From: Nitrospirota bacterium
GTDB lineage: Bacteria; Nitrospirota; Nitrospiria; 2-01-FULL-66-17
NCBI GenBank assembly: GCA_049325335.1
Contig: JBMOMC010000002.1
Location: 96,001 to 160,000 of the forward strand
DNA: 64,000 bases
Direction of reading: 5' to 3'
Shown here: in pieces, positions 47,038 to 57,204 of the stretch
Numbering within the stretch: the first letter of the stretch is position 1
Layout of the letters: each line of letters begins with the position of its first letter
The notes under the pieces: generated by a model
Databases searched by the model: none
The model's input: only the letters and a program-made list of their open reading frames with translations
Told to the model about the DNA's origin: nothing
Position numbers and translations under genes: made by a program

Positions 47038-48786
47038 TCAGCGGTGAGCGGGCGTCGGCGGGTCTGCCATCTCAAGGTTGGCTCCGGCATCGGCATGATG
47101 GGGATCACGCGCCAGCGCGTCGCGGAACGCGCTGGCGGCTTCGGCCATGCGGCCTTGTTGCGCAAGCGTGACGCCGAGGCTGTTGTATAAATCCGGGTTC
47201 GGGGCGAGGCGAACCGCTTCACGGTATTGAACTTCGGCCTCCGGCCATCGATGTTCCGTCGCGAGCAGGTCGCCGAGGTGCGCGTGCGCGGTGGCGTCGG
47301 TCGGGTCCAGGGAAATTCCATGAAGGTATGATTTGATCGCTTCAGCGGTTCGTCCCTGTTTGGCCAGGGTCAGGCCTCGGTTAAAGTGTGCATTGGACGA
47401 ACGCGGGTTGAGCCGGATGGCGAGGTCGAACTCTTGGAGGGCCGAGTCGTAGCGCTTCTCATGGTAGGCCGCGAGCCCTAAGTTGATCCGCGCGTGATAG
47501 GACGTGGGGTCAACCGCCACGGCGCGCGTCCACAGCGCGCTGGGGTTCTTCCACGCGTGGGCGAGTTGCCAGGACAATGCGCCGAAGAGGATGATCACGC
47601 CGACCGCCGATACGCTCAATCCCCTCGCGAGCCGCGGCGTGCCGCGCGTTCGGACGGTGAGCAACCCGACGCCCAGCGCCACGGCCAATGGCGCCCCCGC
47701 AAAGTAGCTGTACCGGTCAGCCACAAGCTGGTCTCCTTGACGGATCAGACCCAGAACCGGCGCGAGCAGGATCAGGTACGCGAGCGCGCAGGCCGCCGCG
47801 CCTCTGGCGCGTTGTCCGGCCCAGATCACGATGGTCCCCGCCGACACGAGGCCGGCCGCGGCGAGCACAACGCGCGGTTCGTAGGGGTCGAACGGCTGCG
47901 GAAGAGGGGTAAACACCGTGAGGTTGATCGGGAGCACGGTTTTGATCGTGTAGTACGCGATGCCGTAACAGGCCTGGGACAGTCGGTCGATCACATCGTA
48001 TCGCGACGACGAGGCCGGCCCCAATTGCGCGCGAGCCAAGGGGGCCGCGGCCGCGACCAGAGCCGCGGGCACGGCGTAGGGGAGCGCGGACAGCCACGGC
48101 GTCCACGTGCGCCATCGAGCGGTCTCGCGCGGCGAGAGATACCAGTCGAGCAGGAGAATGATCGCCGGCAACGTGATGGCCACGGGTTTGGCCAGGTACG
48201 CGCAGACCGCAAGCGCCACCGACACCCATGACCACCGCGCGGCCGATGAGCCGGAGGGCTGCCGGTCGTCGCGCGCGCGCCACCATGCAAGGAGCGAACC
48301 GAGGGCGAATACCGCGGCCAACGGATACCCCTGGGCCGAGGCCCAGGCCACGGGTTCCACCCGGAGGGGGTGGATCGCCCACAGGAGCGCGGCGGCCGCG
48401 GCCGCGGAGGTTGCGGCGTCGGGACGCTGCGGCGCGAGACGCACGAAGAGCCGCCGCGACAACGCGTAGAGCAACCAGGCGGCCACCGCGTGCAGCAGCC
48501 ATGATCCCGCGTGGTATACCCATGGCTCGACGCCGCCCACGGAATACTCAACGGCGGCGAGCACCCAGGCCAGCGGCTGATACACGCCGCGGTGGAATGT
48601 CGTCGCCATCCACGTTAGATGCGTCCCGCTCAAGCCTCGATACGACGGGTTCGTCACGAAGTTGGCCTGGTCGTCCCAATCGATAAATCCATTGGACCGA
48701 ACCGGGGAGAAGACCGCGAACGTGAGGCAGACGATCAGAATCGGCCACGCGATCCCCCGAATCCGTTGCGGAGAGGGCGACGTCAC
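47038..48786 (-). CDS. TMTC-like multi-TM glycosyltransferase (GT-C) with C-terminal TPRs, copy 2
   Basis: FIDWDD, YQPL, HPLRVEPVAW, AKP, ADRYSY, TPR repeats; GTG start. Confidence 0.82.
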   Translation of the reverse strand: MTSPSPQRIRGIAWPILIVCLTFAVFSPVRSNGFIDWDDQANFVTNPSYRGLSGTHLTWMATTFHRGVYQPLAWVLAAVEYSVGGVEPWVYHAGSWLLHAVAAWLLYALSRRLFVRLAPQRPDAATSAAAAAALLWAIHPLRVEPVAWASAQGYPLAAVFALGSLLAWWRARDDRQPSGSSAARWSWVSVALAVCAYLAKPVAITLPAIILLLDWYLSPRETARWRTWTPWLSALPYAVPAALVAAAAPLARAQLGPASSSRYDVIDRLSQACYGIAYYTIKTVLPINLTVFTPLPQPFDPYEPRVVLAAAGLVSAGTIVIWAGQRARGAAACALAYLILLAPVLGLIRQGDQLVADRYSYFAGAPLAVALGVGLLTVRTRGTPRLARGLSVSAVGVIILFGALSWQLAHAWKNPSALWTRAVAVDPTSYHARINLGLAAYHEKRYDSALQEFDLAIRLNPRSSNAHFNRGLTLAKQGRTAEAIKSYLHGISLDPTDATAHAHLGDLLATEHRWPEAEVQYREAVRLAPNPDLYNSLGVTLAQQGRMAEAASAFRDALARDPHHADAGANLEMADPPTPAHR

Positions 48787-50585
48787 GGGACACCCGTCGG
48801 TTCGTCGGGTGCTGGTGCGCGACCGGTCGCCCCGTGGGCCGGCGCCATGCGGAGATTGGCTCCGGCTTCTTCGTGCGTCGGGTCCAACCGCAAGGCCTCA
48901 CGAAACGCGGCCGCGGCCTCCTCGAATCGTCCCTGCTGCGCTAGTGTGACGCCCAGACTGTTCAAGAGGTCGGGGTGAGCAACCAGACTCAGGGCGAGTC
49001 GGTATTCACGTTCAGCCGCGACAAGATCGCCGCGCCGAGCGAGCAACTCGCCGAGGTGCGCGTGTCCGGTCGCGTCAGTCGGCCGCAACTCCAGGCCGCG
49101 TTGATACGCGGTAATCGCCTCGTCGAGGCGGTTCAACCTGGCGAGCGCCAGTCCGGCGCTCAGGCGCGCGTTGGCGTTGTCGGGAGCGAGCGCGGCCGCG
49201 GCGTCGAAGTGGCCGATCGCCTCGGCATGTCGGCCCGCGGCGGCCAAGGCCGCGCCCAATCGCAGGTGGGCGCGCGCCGAACGCGGGTTCGCGGTCACGG
49301 CCTGGGTCCAGAAGCGCAAGGGATCGATGGTCGCCGTGTGTCGAAACAACGTCGCGGAATCTCTCCAGATCGCGGTCCGTTGCCACGTCGCCGCGCCCCA
49401 TGTCGTCAGGAGCGCCATCGCGCCGATGAGGAGACTGATCCGCGCAACGGGCCGACCGCCCACGCGGCGCCACGCGGACAGACCGCCCGCCGAGACCGCG
49501 ATCGCGAGCGGAATGCCCGCGAAGTACGCGTAGCGATCCGCCACGAGTTGCGCGCCCTGGGGAATCAGCCCCAACACGGGCAGCAGCAGCGCCACGTAAC
49601 AGGCGAGCGCGACCGTGACCCCGGGCGCGGCGCGGCGAAGCCTCCACGCGCCGATCGCGAGGCCCGCGACGAGTAGTCCGCTGACGAGAAAGCGCGGCTC
49701 CAACGGATTCATATCCGGCGCAAGCGGCACGTAAAACGAGAGCCCGACCGGCGCGACCGTTTTGCCGAGATAGTAGGCGAGGCCGTAGCCCGCTTGGGCA
49801 AACCGTGCGCCGAGCCGATAGTCATCTTCGATCGTGCCAAGGGTCGCCCGAGCCCATGGCGCGATTCCGGCGATCAGCGCGGCCGGGACCACGTACGGCC
49901 ACTTCTCGATCCAGACCGACCAGGGGCGATCGGTCGCGGCGAAGCGCCGCAACGGGTACCAATCGAGCAGCAGGAGCACCACCGGCAACGTGACTGCGAC
50001 CGGCTTCGCGAGATACGCGAGCGCGGCCGCGGCGACCGACACCCCCATCCACCGTGCGCGTTCGGCCGGAGGAACCGCGCCGGTGTGGAGATACGCGGTC
50101 ACCGATGCGAGCACGAATACGCCCGCGAGCGGGTACCCTTGCGCGGAGGCCCAGGCCACGGCCTCCACCCGCAGCGGGTGGAGCGCCCAGAGCAGGGCCG
50201 CGCAGACCGCGGCGAGGCGCAGCGCGCCCGCGTTCGGGGCTAAGCCCGCGAGGATCTGTTTGGACACGACGTACACCATCGCGGCCGCGGCCGCGTGCAG
50301 CGTCCACGATCCCGCGTGGTACGCGGCCGGCTGTAGTCCGCCGACCGTGTATTCGACGGCCGCGACCAGCCAGGACAATGGTTGATACACACCCAAGTGC
50401 ATGGTCGTGACCATCCACGCGAGGTGCGCCCATTCCAACCCGCGATACGACGGGTTGTCCACGAAGTTGTCCTGGTCGTCCCACTCCACAAAGTCGTTGC
50501 CCAACACCGGCGCGAAGGCCGCGAGCGCGGCCAGGACGACGGTCAGCGGCGCGGCCACACGGACGAGTCGGTCTTTCGGGATCAT
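48783..50585 (-). CDS. TMTC-like multi-TM glycosyltransferase (GT-C) with C-terminal TPRs, copy 1
   Basis: FVEWDD, YQPL, HPLRVEAVAW, ADRYAY, TPR repeats. Confidence 0.82.
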   Translation of the reverse strand: MIPKDRLVRVAAPLTVVLAALAAFAPVLGNDFVEWDDQDNFVDNPSYRGLEWAHLAWMVTTMHLGVYQPLSWLVAAVEYTVGGLQPAAYHAGSWTLHAAAAAMVYVVSKQILAGLAPNAGALRLAAVCAALLWALHPLRVEAVAWASAQGYPLAGVFVLASVTAYLHTGAVPPAERARWMGVSVAAAALAYLAKPVAVTLPVVLLLLDWYPLRRFAATDRPWSVWIEKWPYVVPAALIAGIAPWARATLGTIEDDYRLGARFAQAGYGLAYYLGKTVAPVGLSFYVPLAPDMNPLEPRFLVSGLLVAGLAIGAWRLRRAAPGVTVALACYVALLLPVLGLIPQGAQLVADRYAYFAGIPLAIAVSAGGLSAWRRVGGRPVARISLLIGAMALLTTWGAATWQRTAIWRDSATLFRHTATIDPLRFWTQAVTANPRSARAHLRLGAALAAAGRHAEAIGHFDAAAALAPDNANARLSAGLALARLNRLDEAITAYQRGLELRPTDATGHAHLGELLARRGDLVAAEREYRLALSLVAHPDLLNSLGVTLAQQGRFEEAAAAFREALRLDPTHEEAGANLRMAPAHGATGRAPAPDEPTGVP

Positions 50586-51289
50586 CCGCGACGTCGGAGG
50601 GCCCAGACCGCGAGGAAGGCCTCTTTCGCGCTGTTGTAGCGCACCTTGGAGTGGCCTCGGGTGCGTTCCCGAAACACGATGGGGATCTCGACGACCGAAA
50701 ATCCGCGGCGCAAGACGGCGCAGACGCCCTGGACTTGGAAAATGTAGCCGTTGGCCGGCGCTCCCGCGTCCAGCACGGCTTGCAGCGCGGGTCGGCGGAA
50801 ACACTTATAACCCGCGGTCCAATCGCGCACCCGCGCGCCGAGCAAGGCGCGCGCGTACAGGTTGGCGGCCGCGCTCAACGCGAAGCGGTGCCACGGCCAG
50901 CCTTCGATTCGCGCGCCCGGTACGTAACGCGAGCCGATAGCCAAGTCCGCGCCGCGCCGCGTTGCCTCGACCAGGCGCGGCAGGTCCGCGGGGTCGTGCG
51001 AGAAATCGCAGTCCATTTCGATCATTTCGTCGTACCCCCGTTCGATCGCCCAGTGAAATCCGGCGTGGTACGCGGGGCCCAACCCCTCTTTGGCGGACCG
51101 GTGCAGCACGCGCACGCGGGGGGACCGGTCGGCGAGCGCGTCGGCCAACGCGCCGGTGCCGTCCGGTGAGGCGTCGTCGACGATCAGGACGTCCCCGTCG
51201 GGCAAGGCCGCGAGCGCAGCGGTCACTACGGGTTCGATGTTCTCGCGTTCGTTATACGTCGGGACGATCACCACCGTGCGCGGGTTCAT
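50582..51289 (-). CDS. Polyprenol-monophosphomannose synthase (GT2, Ppm1/DPM1-like)
   Basis: IVPTYNERENI, VDDASPDGT, GLGPAY, EMDCDFSHDP, GSRYVPG, FRERTRGHSK. Confidence 0.9.
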   Translation of the reverse strand: MNPRTVVIVPTYNERENIEPVVTAALAALPDGDVLIVDDASPDGTGALADALADRSPRVRVLHRSAKEGLGPAYHAGFHWAIERGYDEMIEMDCDFSHDPADLPRLVEATRRGADLAIGSRYVPGARIEGWPWHRFALSAAANLYARALLGARVRDWTAGYKCFRRPALQAVLDAGAPANGYIFQVQGVCAVLRRGFSVVEIPIVFRERTRGHSKVRYNSAKEAFLAVWALRRRG

Positions 51290-52542
51290 CGCGGCCATCC
51301 CAGCGCCCGGACCCGGTCCCACAGGGAGAACGGCCGGTCGGACAGGCCGGCCACGAGGGTCAGCATCTTGTGGCGCAGATCGTCCTTGCGGTCGAGCGTG
51401 GCGAACACGCGGTCGCGCACGCGCGCGACGATGGGATGGCCCGTATTCCAGAAAAACGCCATTTCATCGCCGAGACGCTGGAGCGTTTCGGCGCGCGGTC
51501 GGCGCAGACGTTCGTAGCGCGCGAGCGCGCGGCGGCTGAAGTTCCTCTCGGCAAAACACACGTCCAACACCGCGTCCAGCGTTGCGGCGTCCTCCAGGGC
51601 TTGGTTGCGGCCTTGCGCCACGTGTGGGTTCAGCGCGTGCGCGGCATCACCCAGCAACGCGGCGCCGTCCGCCACCCACGCGCGCGGGACGACTTTGATG
51701 CAGGGCATCCACCCGACGTGGTCCCACCGCGTGAGCGCGCCGACCACGGTGCGCAGGTCGGGGTCGATCTCCGCGAGGCGGGCGGTGAACGCCGGGAGGC
51801 CTCGCGCTTCCAAGGCGTCGCGTTGTCCCGCGGGCCACAGGTAAAACCCGTAGATGGAGTCGGTGCCCAGGGGGAACAGGCCGAGGATTTCTCGACGACC
51901 CACGTAATACCGTCCGTCCTCGCCGAACCGTTCGGGCCGCGGCAGGAGAAAGGTCAGGTAGCCGTCCGCGTAGCGACGGACGCGGGCGCGGATGTGGAGG
52001 GCGTCGCGCACCGGAGAGGCCGAGCCGTCTCCGCCGACCACGATCAACGCGGGCACGCGGGTCCGTACGCCGTTGACGTCGGCTTCCACCCCGACGACCG
52101 AGCCGCGTTCGCGGATGAGGCCGACCACCCGCGCGCCCCAGCGCACGTCGATCAACGGCGACGCGGCAAGGCGCGCTCGAATCGCGCTCATCAGCGCGCG
52201 GGGATGACCGACCAGGGTGTAGTTGTACGGCGCGGGCAACGCGCCGTAATCCACCGTCACCAACCGTGAACTGCCGATGCGGGTAAAGTGGTAGCGACGC
52301 ACGCGGGAAATTCCGAGGGTCGGCAACCCGTCGAGCAACCCCAATCGATCCAGTACCCGCAGCCCGTTCGGCTGCACGATTTCCCCGCGGTCCGGATCGC
52401 TCGGGCCGGACTGGCGATCCAGCAGCGCGACCCGGCGGCCCTTGGCCGCGGCGAGCAGCGCGAGCACGGCGCCGCCGATTCCTCCGCCCACAACGGCCAG
52501 ATCAACCGGCGCGTCGCTCGATATCGCATGGTCGTTCGTCAC
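51286..52542 (-). CDS. FAD-dependent monooxygenase (UbiH-like)
   Basis: VVGGGIGG, GGDGSASPVR, LLGDAAHALNPHVAQGRNQALED. Confidence 0.88.
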   Translation of the reverse strand: MTNDHAISSDAPVDLAVVGGGIGGAVLALLAAAKGRRVALLDRQSGPSDPDRGEIVQPNGLRVLDRLGLLDGLPTLGISRVRRYHFTRIGSSRLVTVDYGALPAPYNYTLVGHPRALMSAIRARLAASPLIDVRWGARVVGLIRERGSVVGVEADVNGVRTRVPALIVVGGDGSASPVRDALHIRARVRRYADGYLTFLLPRPERFGEDGRYYVGRREILGLFPLGTDSIYGFYLWPAGQRDALEARGLPAFTARLAEIDPDLRTVVGALTRWDHVGWMPCIKVVPRAWVADGAALLGDAAHALNPHVAQGRNQALEDAATLDAVLDVCFAERNFSRRALARYERLRRPRAETLQRLGDEMAFFWNTGHPIVARVRDRVFATLDRKDDLRHKMLTLVAGLSDRPFSLWDRVRALGWPR

Positions 52543-52683
52543 AGGCCGTCTGGCGGTCGATTGTAGAGCCGGGGCGGGATGAAAGCAATCAACGCCGCGC
52601 TTTGACAGCCCGGCCGTCGGTGCGTAGAATCCGGGGCGGGCGCCCCTGATTCGGGCGTGCCCGTCGGAGCAAAGGACGCACAC

Positions 52684-53274
52684 GTGGCGGTCGAATATTT
52701 GCCGGTGGCTGAAGCGGCGGAAGTTCCGAGGGACGGTGTCAAAGTTGTCACCGTGGCCGGGACACCCATCGCCTTGTTAAACGTGGGCGGCGAGATCTTC
52801 GCGCTGGAACACTCCTGTCCCCATCAAGGCGGGCCCATCGGAGAGGGCGAGATCTGCGGGACGACCATCACGTGCCCGTGGCACGAGTGGCGGTTCGACA
52901 TTCGGACCGGAGCCAACGACAAAGACCCCACGATTTTGGCCAAGACGTACGCGGTGCGCGTGGCGGAGGGGTTGGTGTTGGTGGAAGTCTCGCGCGTCTT
53001 GGCGGGGGCGCGCCGCAATCGAGAAATCCTGCGACGCCTCGCCGCGGGAGAGTCCGCCGCGGCAATCGGCACAGACTTGGGGTTGGCCGAACAGGAGGTC
53101 ACGCGGACCGCGGATGCGGCGCGGATCAGCGAACGGCTGCACTATCTCGCGGAAGTCTATTCGCGCAAGAACCGGGTGGGCGGATCGGACGTTCGAGGGT
53201 TGCCGCACCGACGCACCACGGAGTCGGATGGGGAGATGTTGACCGCGTTGGACGCCCTGACGCGTTTGCTCTAA
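52684..53274 (+). CDS. Rieske [2Fe-2S] ferredoxin with C-terminal HTH-like extension
   Basis: CPHQGG...CPWH; RNREILRRLAAGESAAAIGTDLGL. Confidence 0.75.
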   Translation: MAVEYLPVAEAAEVPRDGVKVVTVAGTPIALLNVGGEIFALEHSCPHQGGPIGEGEICGTTITCPWHEWRFDIRTGANDKDPTILAKTYAVRVAEGLVLVEVSRVLAGARRNREILRRLAAGESAAAIGTDLGLAEQEVTRTADAARISERLHYLAEVYSRKNRVGGSDVRGLPHRRTTESDGEMLTALDALTRLL

Positions 53275-53278
53275 GGCG

Positions 53279-53500
53279 TTACGCGTTCGGCGGCCGGTTG
53301 ATCCACTGCAACAGTCGGGTGTGGCGCGGTTTGGAGGTGGGGAGCGCCACTTTGCGCTGGCGGTTGGACATGATGACCGGGTCCACGATCTCGCCGCAGG
53401 CCAGGCACCGCCAGCCGGGAAACGTAATTTGTCCGGTCTCGTCCAGCAGGTCCGTGAACCGGTCCACGACCATCAACCCTCGACAGCGCGAGCACTGCAT
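53279..53500 (-). CDS. Small Zn-ribbon protein (CxxC...CxxC)
   Basis: MQCSRCRGLM...WRCLACGEIVDPVI; GGAGGA RBS. Confidence 0.8.
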   Translation of the reverse strand: MQCSRCRGLMVVDRFTDLLDETGQITFPGWRCLACGEIVDPVIMSNRQRKVALPTSKPRHTRLLQWINRPPNA

Positions 53501-53630
53501 GGCATCCTCCCGGAGGCCCCGCGGGCGACGGCCTCGGACTTCCGAGGGCGCCTGGACGGGCCGTCCTGTAAGGAGAAAGACCCGTAATGGATGCGTTTAT
53601 TCCCCGGATCTCCCGCCCCCAATCCGCGGC

Positions 53631-53660
53631 TTGACTCCGTCTCCGGCCTTCCGTTAGCAT
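53631..53660 (+). promoter_or_regulatory. sigma70 promoter, possibly giving a leaderless transcript
   Basis: TTGACT-N18-TAGCAT ending 6 nt before ATG 53667. Confidence 0.55.
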
Positions 53661-53666
53661 CCGCGC

Positions 53667-55019
53667 ATGTGGCGGTTCGCCCGAGCGGGCGCGATCGTGC
53701 TGTTCCTGGCCCTGCCCGCACTCCCTGCCTGGGCCGCTTCCCCGGTTGCATCGGTGCTTCCGAACGGGCTGCGCGTTATTCTGATCCCGGAGCCTAAAGC
53801 CCCGGTCGTCTCCGTGCAAGTCTGGTACCGCGTCGGCTCGCGCGACGAGGTGTCGGGAAAAACGGGCCTCTCCCATCTGATGGAACATATGATGTTCAAG
53901 GGCACGGCCCGGTACGGGAAAGGGGCGTTTTCTCGTCGGATCGCGGAGCACGGGGGCAATGACAATGCGTTTACGAGCCACGACTATACGGCGTATTTCG
54001 AGAACCTCTCCAAGGACCACATCGGTCTGGCCCTGGAATTAGAGGCCGACCGTATGACGGGACTGGTGATCGCGGATGACGAATTCGGATTGGAGCGCGA
54101 CGTGGTCAAGGAAGAGCGGCGGATGCGGACCGACGACGACCCTCAGGGGACGCTGATCGAGCACGTGTACGCGGCCGCGTACATGGTCCATCCCTACCAT
54201 TGGCCCGTGATCGGTTGGATGGACGACTTGGAACGGCTCACGGCCGACGACATCCGCGCCTATTACCGGACGCACTACTCGCCGGCTAACGCGGTGCTGG
54301 TGATCGCGGGAGATTTCGACCCGCGCGCCGTGCTCGTCCTGATCGAGCAAACCGTTGGTCGGGTTGCCGGGCCCGGTGCGCCGGCGCGCCGGGCGGTCGT
54401 GGAGCCCCTGCAACTCGGAGAGCGTCGCGTGACGGTGAAGAAGGACGCACAATTGCCCGCGGTGATCGCGGGCTACCAGGTGCCAAATTTCCGCGACCCC
54501 GACGCGTACGCGTTGACGGTGTTGGCCGCAGTGCTCACCCAAGGCGAAAGCTCGCGGTTGCACCGCGCGTTGGTGTACGACCGGCAGGTGGCGCTGGAGG
54601 TCGGCGGGGACTACACGGCGCTGTCGGCGGATGCGCCGATCTTCTACCTGTATGCGGTGACGCAGGCCGGAAAATCCGCCGAGGATCTGGAGCGGGCCTT
54701 ATTCGAGGAAGTGGAGCGGCTCAAGGCGACCGAACCCTCGGAGCGTGAGTTGACCAAGGTCAAGAACGGTATTGAGGCGGATTTCATCTTGGGTCAGGAC
54801 TCGAATTTTTACCGTGCGATGCAGGTTGGAACCGCGGAGACGGTGGGCGCCGGGCGCGAATACTTGGATCATTTCGTGGCCAACATCCGGAAGGTCACCG
54901 CGGCGGACGTGACGCGGGTCGCGAAGGCGTATTTCACCGCGGATCGACGTACCGTCGGCACCTTGATTCCCACCAGGCCGGCGGACTCGGCCGACTCCGC
55001 GGGCGCCGCCGCTCCGTGA
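53667..55019 (+). CDS. M16 family zinc peptidase, catalytic subunit
   Basis: Signal peptide; HLMEHMMFKG (HxxEH), NAFT, EERR. Confidence 0.92.
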   Translation: MWRFARAGAIVLFLALPALPAWAASPVASVLPNGLRVILIPEPKAPVVSVQVWYRVGSRDEVSGKTGLSHLMEHMMFKGTARYGKGAFSRRIAEHGGNDNAFTSHDYTAYFENLSKDHIGLALELEADRMTGLVIADDEFGLERDVVKEERRMRTDDDPQGTLIEHVYAAAYMVHPYHWPVIGWMDDLERLTADDIRAYYRTHYSPANAVLVIAGDFDPRAVLVLIEQTVGRVAGPGAPARRAVVEPLQLGERRVTVKKDAQLPAVIAGYQVPNFRDPDAYALTVLAAVLTQGESSRLHRALVYDRQVALEVGGDYTALSADAPIFYLYAVTQAGKSAEDLERALFEEVERLKATEPSERELTKVKNGIEADFILGQDSNFYRAMQVGTAETVGAGREYLDHFVANIRKVTAADVTRVAKAYFTADRRTVGTLIPTRPADSADSAGAAAP

Positions 55020-56401
55020 TGCGCGCGTCCTGGGCTCGGGCGGCGGTGGTCGTTATGCTGACCATGGCCGCGACCGCGGCGACTCCCTGGTCTTCCGCGG
55101 CATGGGCCGCTCCGGTGGCGGTGGAGCGCTGGGTGATGGGCAACGGCCTGACCGTGCTCTTCGTGGAGCGGCACGCGATTCCGGCGGTGCAGGCCCATTT
55201 GGTGGTCAAGACCGGCGCGTCGGCGGATCCCTCGGGTCGCACCGGGTTGGCCGCGTTGACCTCGGGAACGGTCACGAAAGGCACGCCCACGCGTTCGGCG
55301 CTCGAGATCGCCGAGGCCATCGACTTTATCGGGGGCAGTTTATCGGCCGGGGTCGCGGAAGACTTCTCCTCCGTGACGCTGACGACCTTGAAGAAGGATT
55401 TGCCCGCCGCCTTGTCCTTGATGAGCGACGTGGTGCTCCGTCCGGTATTTCCCGCGGCCGAGGTGGATCGGGTCCGGCGGGAGACGCTCTCCGGAATTGC
55501 GGCGGCCAAGGACAACCCTGAATCCGTGGCCGAGAAAGCCTTTGCGCCCTTGGTGTTCGGCGCGCACCCATACGCGCGGCCGATCGAAGGGACGGAGACC
55601 ACGGTGCCGTTGTTGACGCGCGAAGAAGTCGTGGCATTTCACCGGACGTATTACCGGCCCAACAACGCGGCGTTGGTGTTGGTGGGCGATTTGACCACGC
55701 GGGATGCGCGGCGCGCGGCGCAAACCGCCTTCGGCCAATGGGAGCGCGCCGTCATCCCCGCGGCGGCGCCGCCGTCCGTTCCCGCGTTGCGCGAACGCCG
55801 GGTTGAGCTGATCGATAAGGACCTGACCCAGGCCACGGTGATCCTGGGACACTCCGGCATCGCGCGTTCCGACCCGGATTTTTACGCGGCCACGGTGATG
55901 AACTACATTCTGGGGGGCGGAGGGTTCGCGTCCCGGTTAATGACGCGGATTCGCGACAACGAGGGCCTGGTCTACGGCATTTCGAGCGGGTTCGACGCCA
56001 AGCGGTATCCGGGATCGTTTTCGGTCGGACTGCAAACCAAAACCGAGTCCGCGCCCGCCGCGATTCGCGCCGCGCTCGAAGAGATCGCCGCGATTCAGGC
56101 CCACGGCGTGACCGACGCGGAACTGGACGGCGCGAAGCGCTACCTGGCCGGGAGCTTTCCATTGCGGTATGAGACCAATACCAAACTGGCCTCGCTCCTC
56201 GCCATGGTGGAGTTGTATGGCTTGGGACTTACGTATTTCGATGACTATCCGAATAATATTCGGCGGGTGACGCTGGAGGACGTGCGACGGGTGGCGGCCG
56301 CGAAACTGAGCGCCGAGCGGTACGTCTTGGTCGTGGTCGGTCGCGCCGGGCAGATCGGTCCGGCGTTGGATCCCTCGGCGGAGGGGCCGCCCGCGCCGTG
56401 A
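55016..56401 (+). CDS. M16 family peptidase, non-catalytic partner subunit
   Basis: No HxxEH; GGGGFASRL..IR...GLVY. Confidence 0.9.
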   Translation: MMRASWARAAVVVMLTMAATAATPWSSAAWAAPVAVERWVMGNGLTVLFVERHAIPAVQAHLVVKTGASADPSGRTGLAALTSGTVTKGTPTRSALEIAEAIDFIGGSLSAGVAEDFSSVTLTTLKKDLPAALSLMSDVVLRPVFPAAEVDRVRRETLSGIAAAKDNPESVAEKAFAPLVFGAHPYARPIEGTETTVPLLTREEVVAFHRTYYRPNNAALVLVGDLTTRDARRAAQTAFGQWERAVIPAAAPPSVPALRERRVELIDKDLTQATVILGHSGIARSDPDFYAATVMNYILGGGGFASRLMTRIRDNEGLVYGISSGFDAKRYPGSFSVGLQTKTESAPAAIRAALEEIAAIQAHGVTDAELDGAKRYLAGSFPLRYETNTKLASLLAMVELYGLGLTYFDDYPNNIRRVTLEDVRRVAAAKLSAERYVLVVVGRAGQIGPALDPSAEGPPAP

Positions 56402-57204
56402 GCGCTCCGACCGAGAAGCTGCGCCGCTTGCACGAGGTGTTGCGGGAATTCGATTCCGTGCTGGTCGCGTTTTCCGGGGGCGTGGACAGTACGTTGCTGG
56501 CCAAGGCCGCGCACGATGCGCTGGGTCCGCGCGCCGTGGCCGCGACCGCGCTGTCGCCGACCTACCCGTCGCACATGGCCGAGCAGGCGCGTCTGCTGGC
56601 GGAACGCATCGGGATTCGCCACGAGTGGGTGCGGTCCGAGCAGATGAGCCGCCCGCGGTTCGTCGCCAACCCGGAGGACCGCTGTTATCACTGCAAAGAC
56701 GAATTGTTCGAACGGCTGGCGCCGTTGGCCGAGTCGCTGGGTCTTCGATGGATCGCCGAGGGCACCAACGTGGATGATTTGTCGGACCACCGGCCCGGGC
56801 TTGCGGCCGCGCGCGAGTGGGACGTGAAGAGCCCGTTGGTGGACGCGGGGCTGACCAAGACCGAGATTCGCGCGATCAGCCGCGGGTATGACTTGCCGAC
56901 ATGGGACCAGCCGGCCTCGCCCTGTTTATCGTCGCGATTCCCGACCGGATTGCCGATTACGATCGAACGGCTGTCGCAGGTGGATCGCGCCGAAGCGATG
57001 TTGCGCGAGTTCGGGTTCCGGGAGTTTCGGGTCCGGCATCACGACGAGACCGCGCGGATCGAGGTCCCGGCTTCGGAGTTCGTGCGTTTTGCCGACGAGC
57101 GCGTGCGCGAGGCCTTGTGTGCGGCGCTCAAGGCCGTGGGATTTCGTTTCGTGACGGTGGATCTGTCGCCGTTTCGGTCCGGCAGTCTGCATGGTCGGCC
57201 GTGA
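56398..57204 (+). CDS. larE: ATP-dependent sacrificial sulfur transferase LarE-like
   Basis: AFSGGVDS, RCYHCK, DHRPG, PCLSSR, FRVRHH, FRSGSL. Confidence 0.9.
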   Translation: MSAPTEKLRRLHEVLREFDSVLVAFSGGVDSTLLAKAAHDALGPRAVAATALSPTYPSHMAEQARLLAERIGIRHEWVRSEQMSRPRFVANPEDRCYHCKDELFERLAPLAESLGLRWIAEGTNVDDLSDHRPGLAAAREWDVKSPLVDAGLTKTEIRAISRGYDLPTWDQPASPCLSSRFPTGLPITIERLSQVDRAEAMLREFGFREFRVRHHDETARIEVPASEFVRFADERVREALCAALKAVGFRFVTVDLSPFRSGSLHGRP

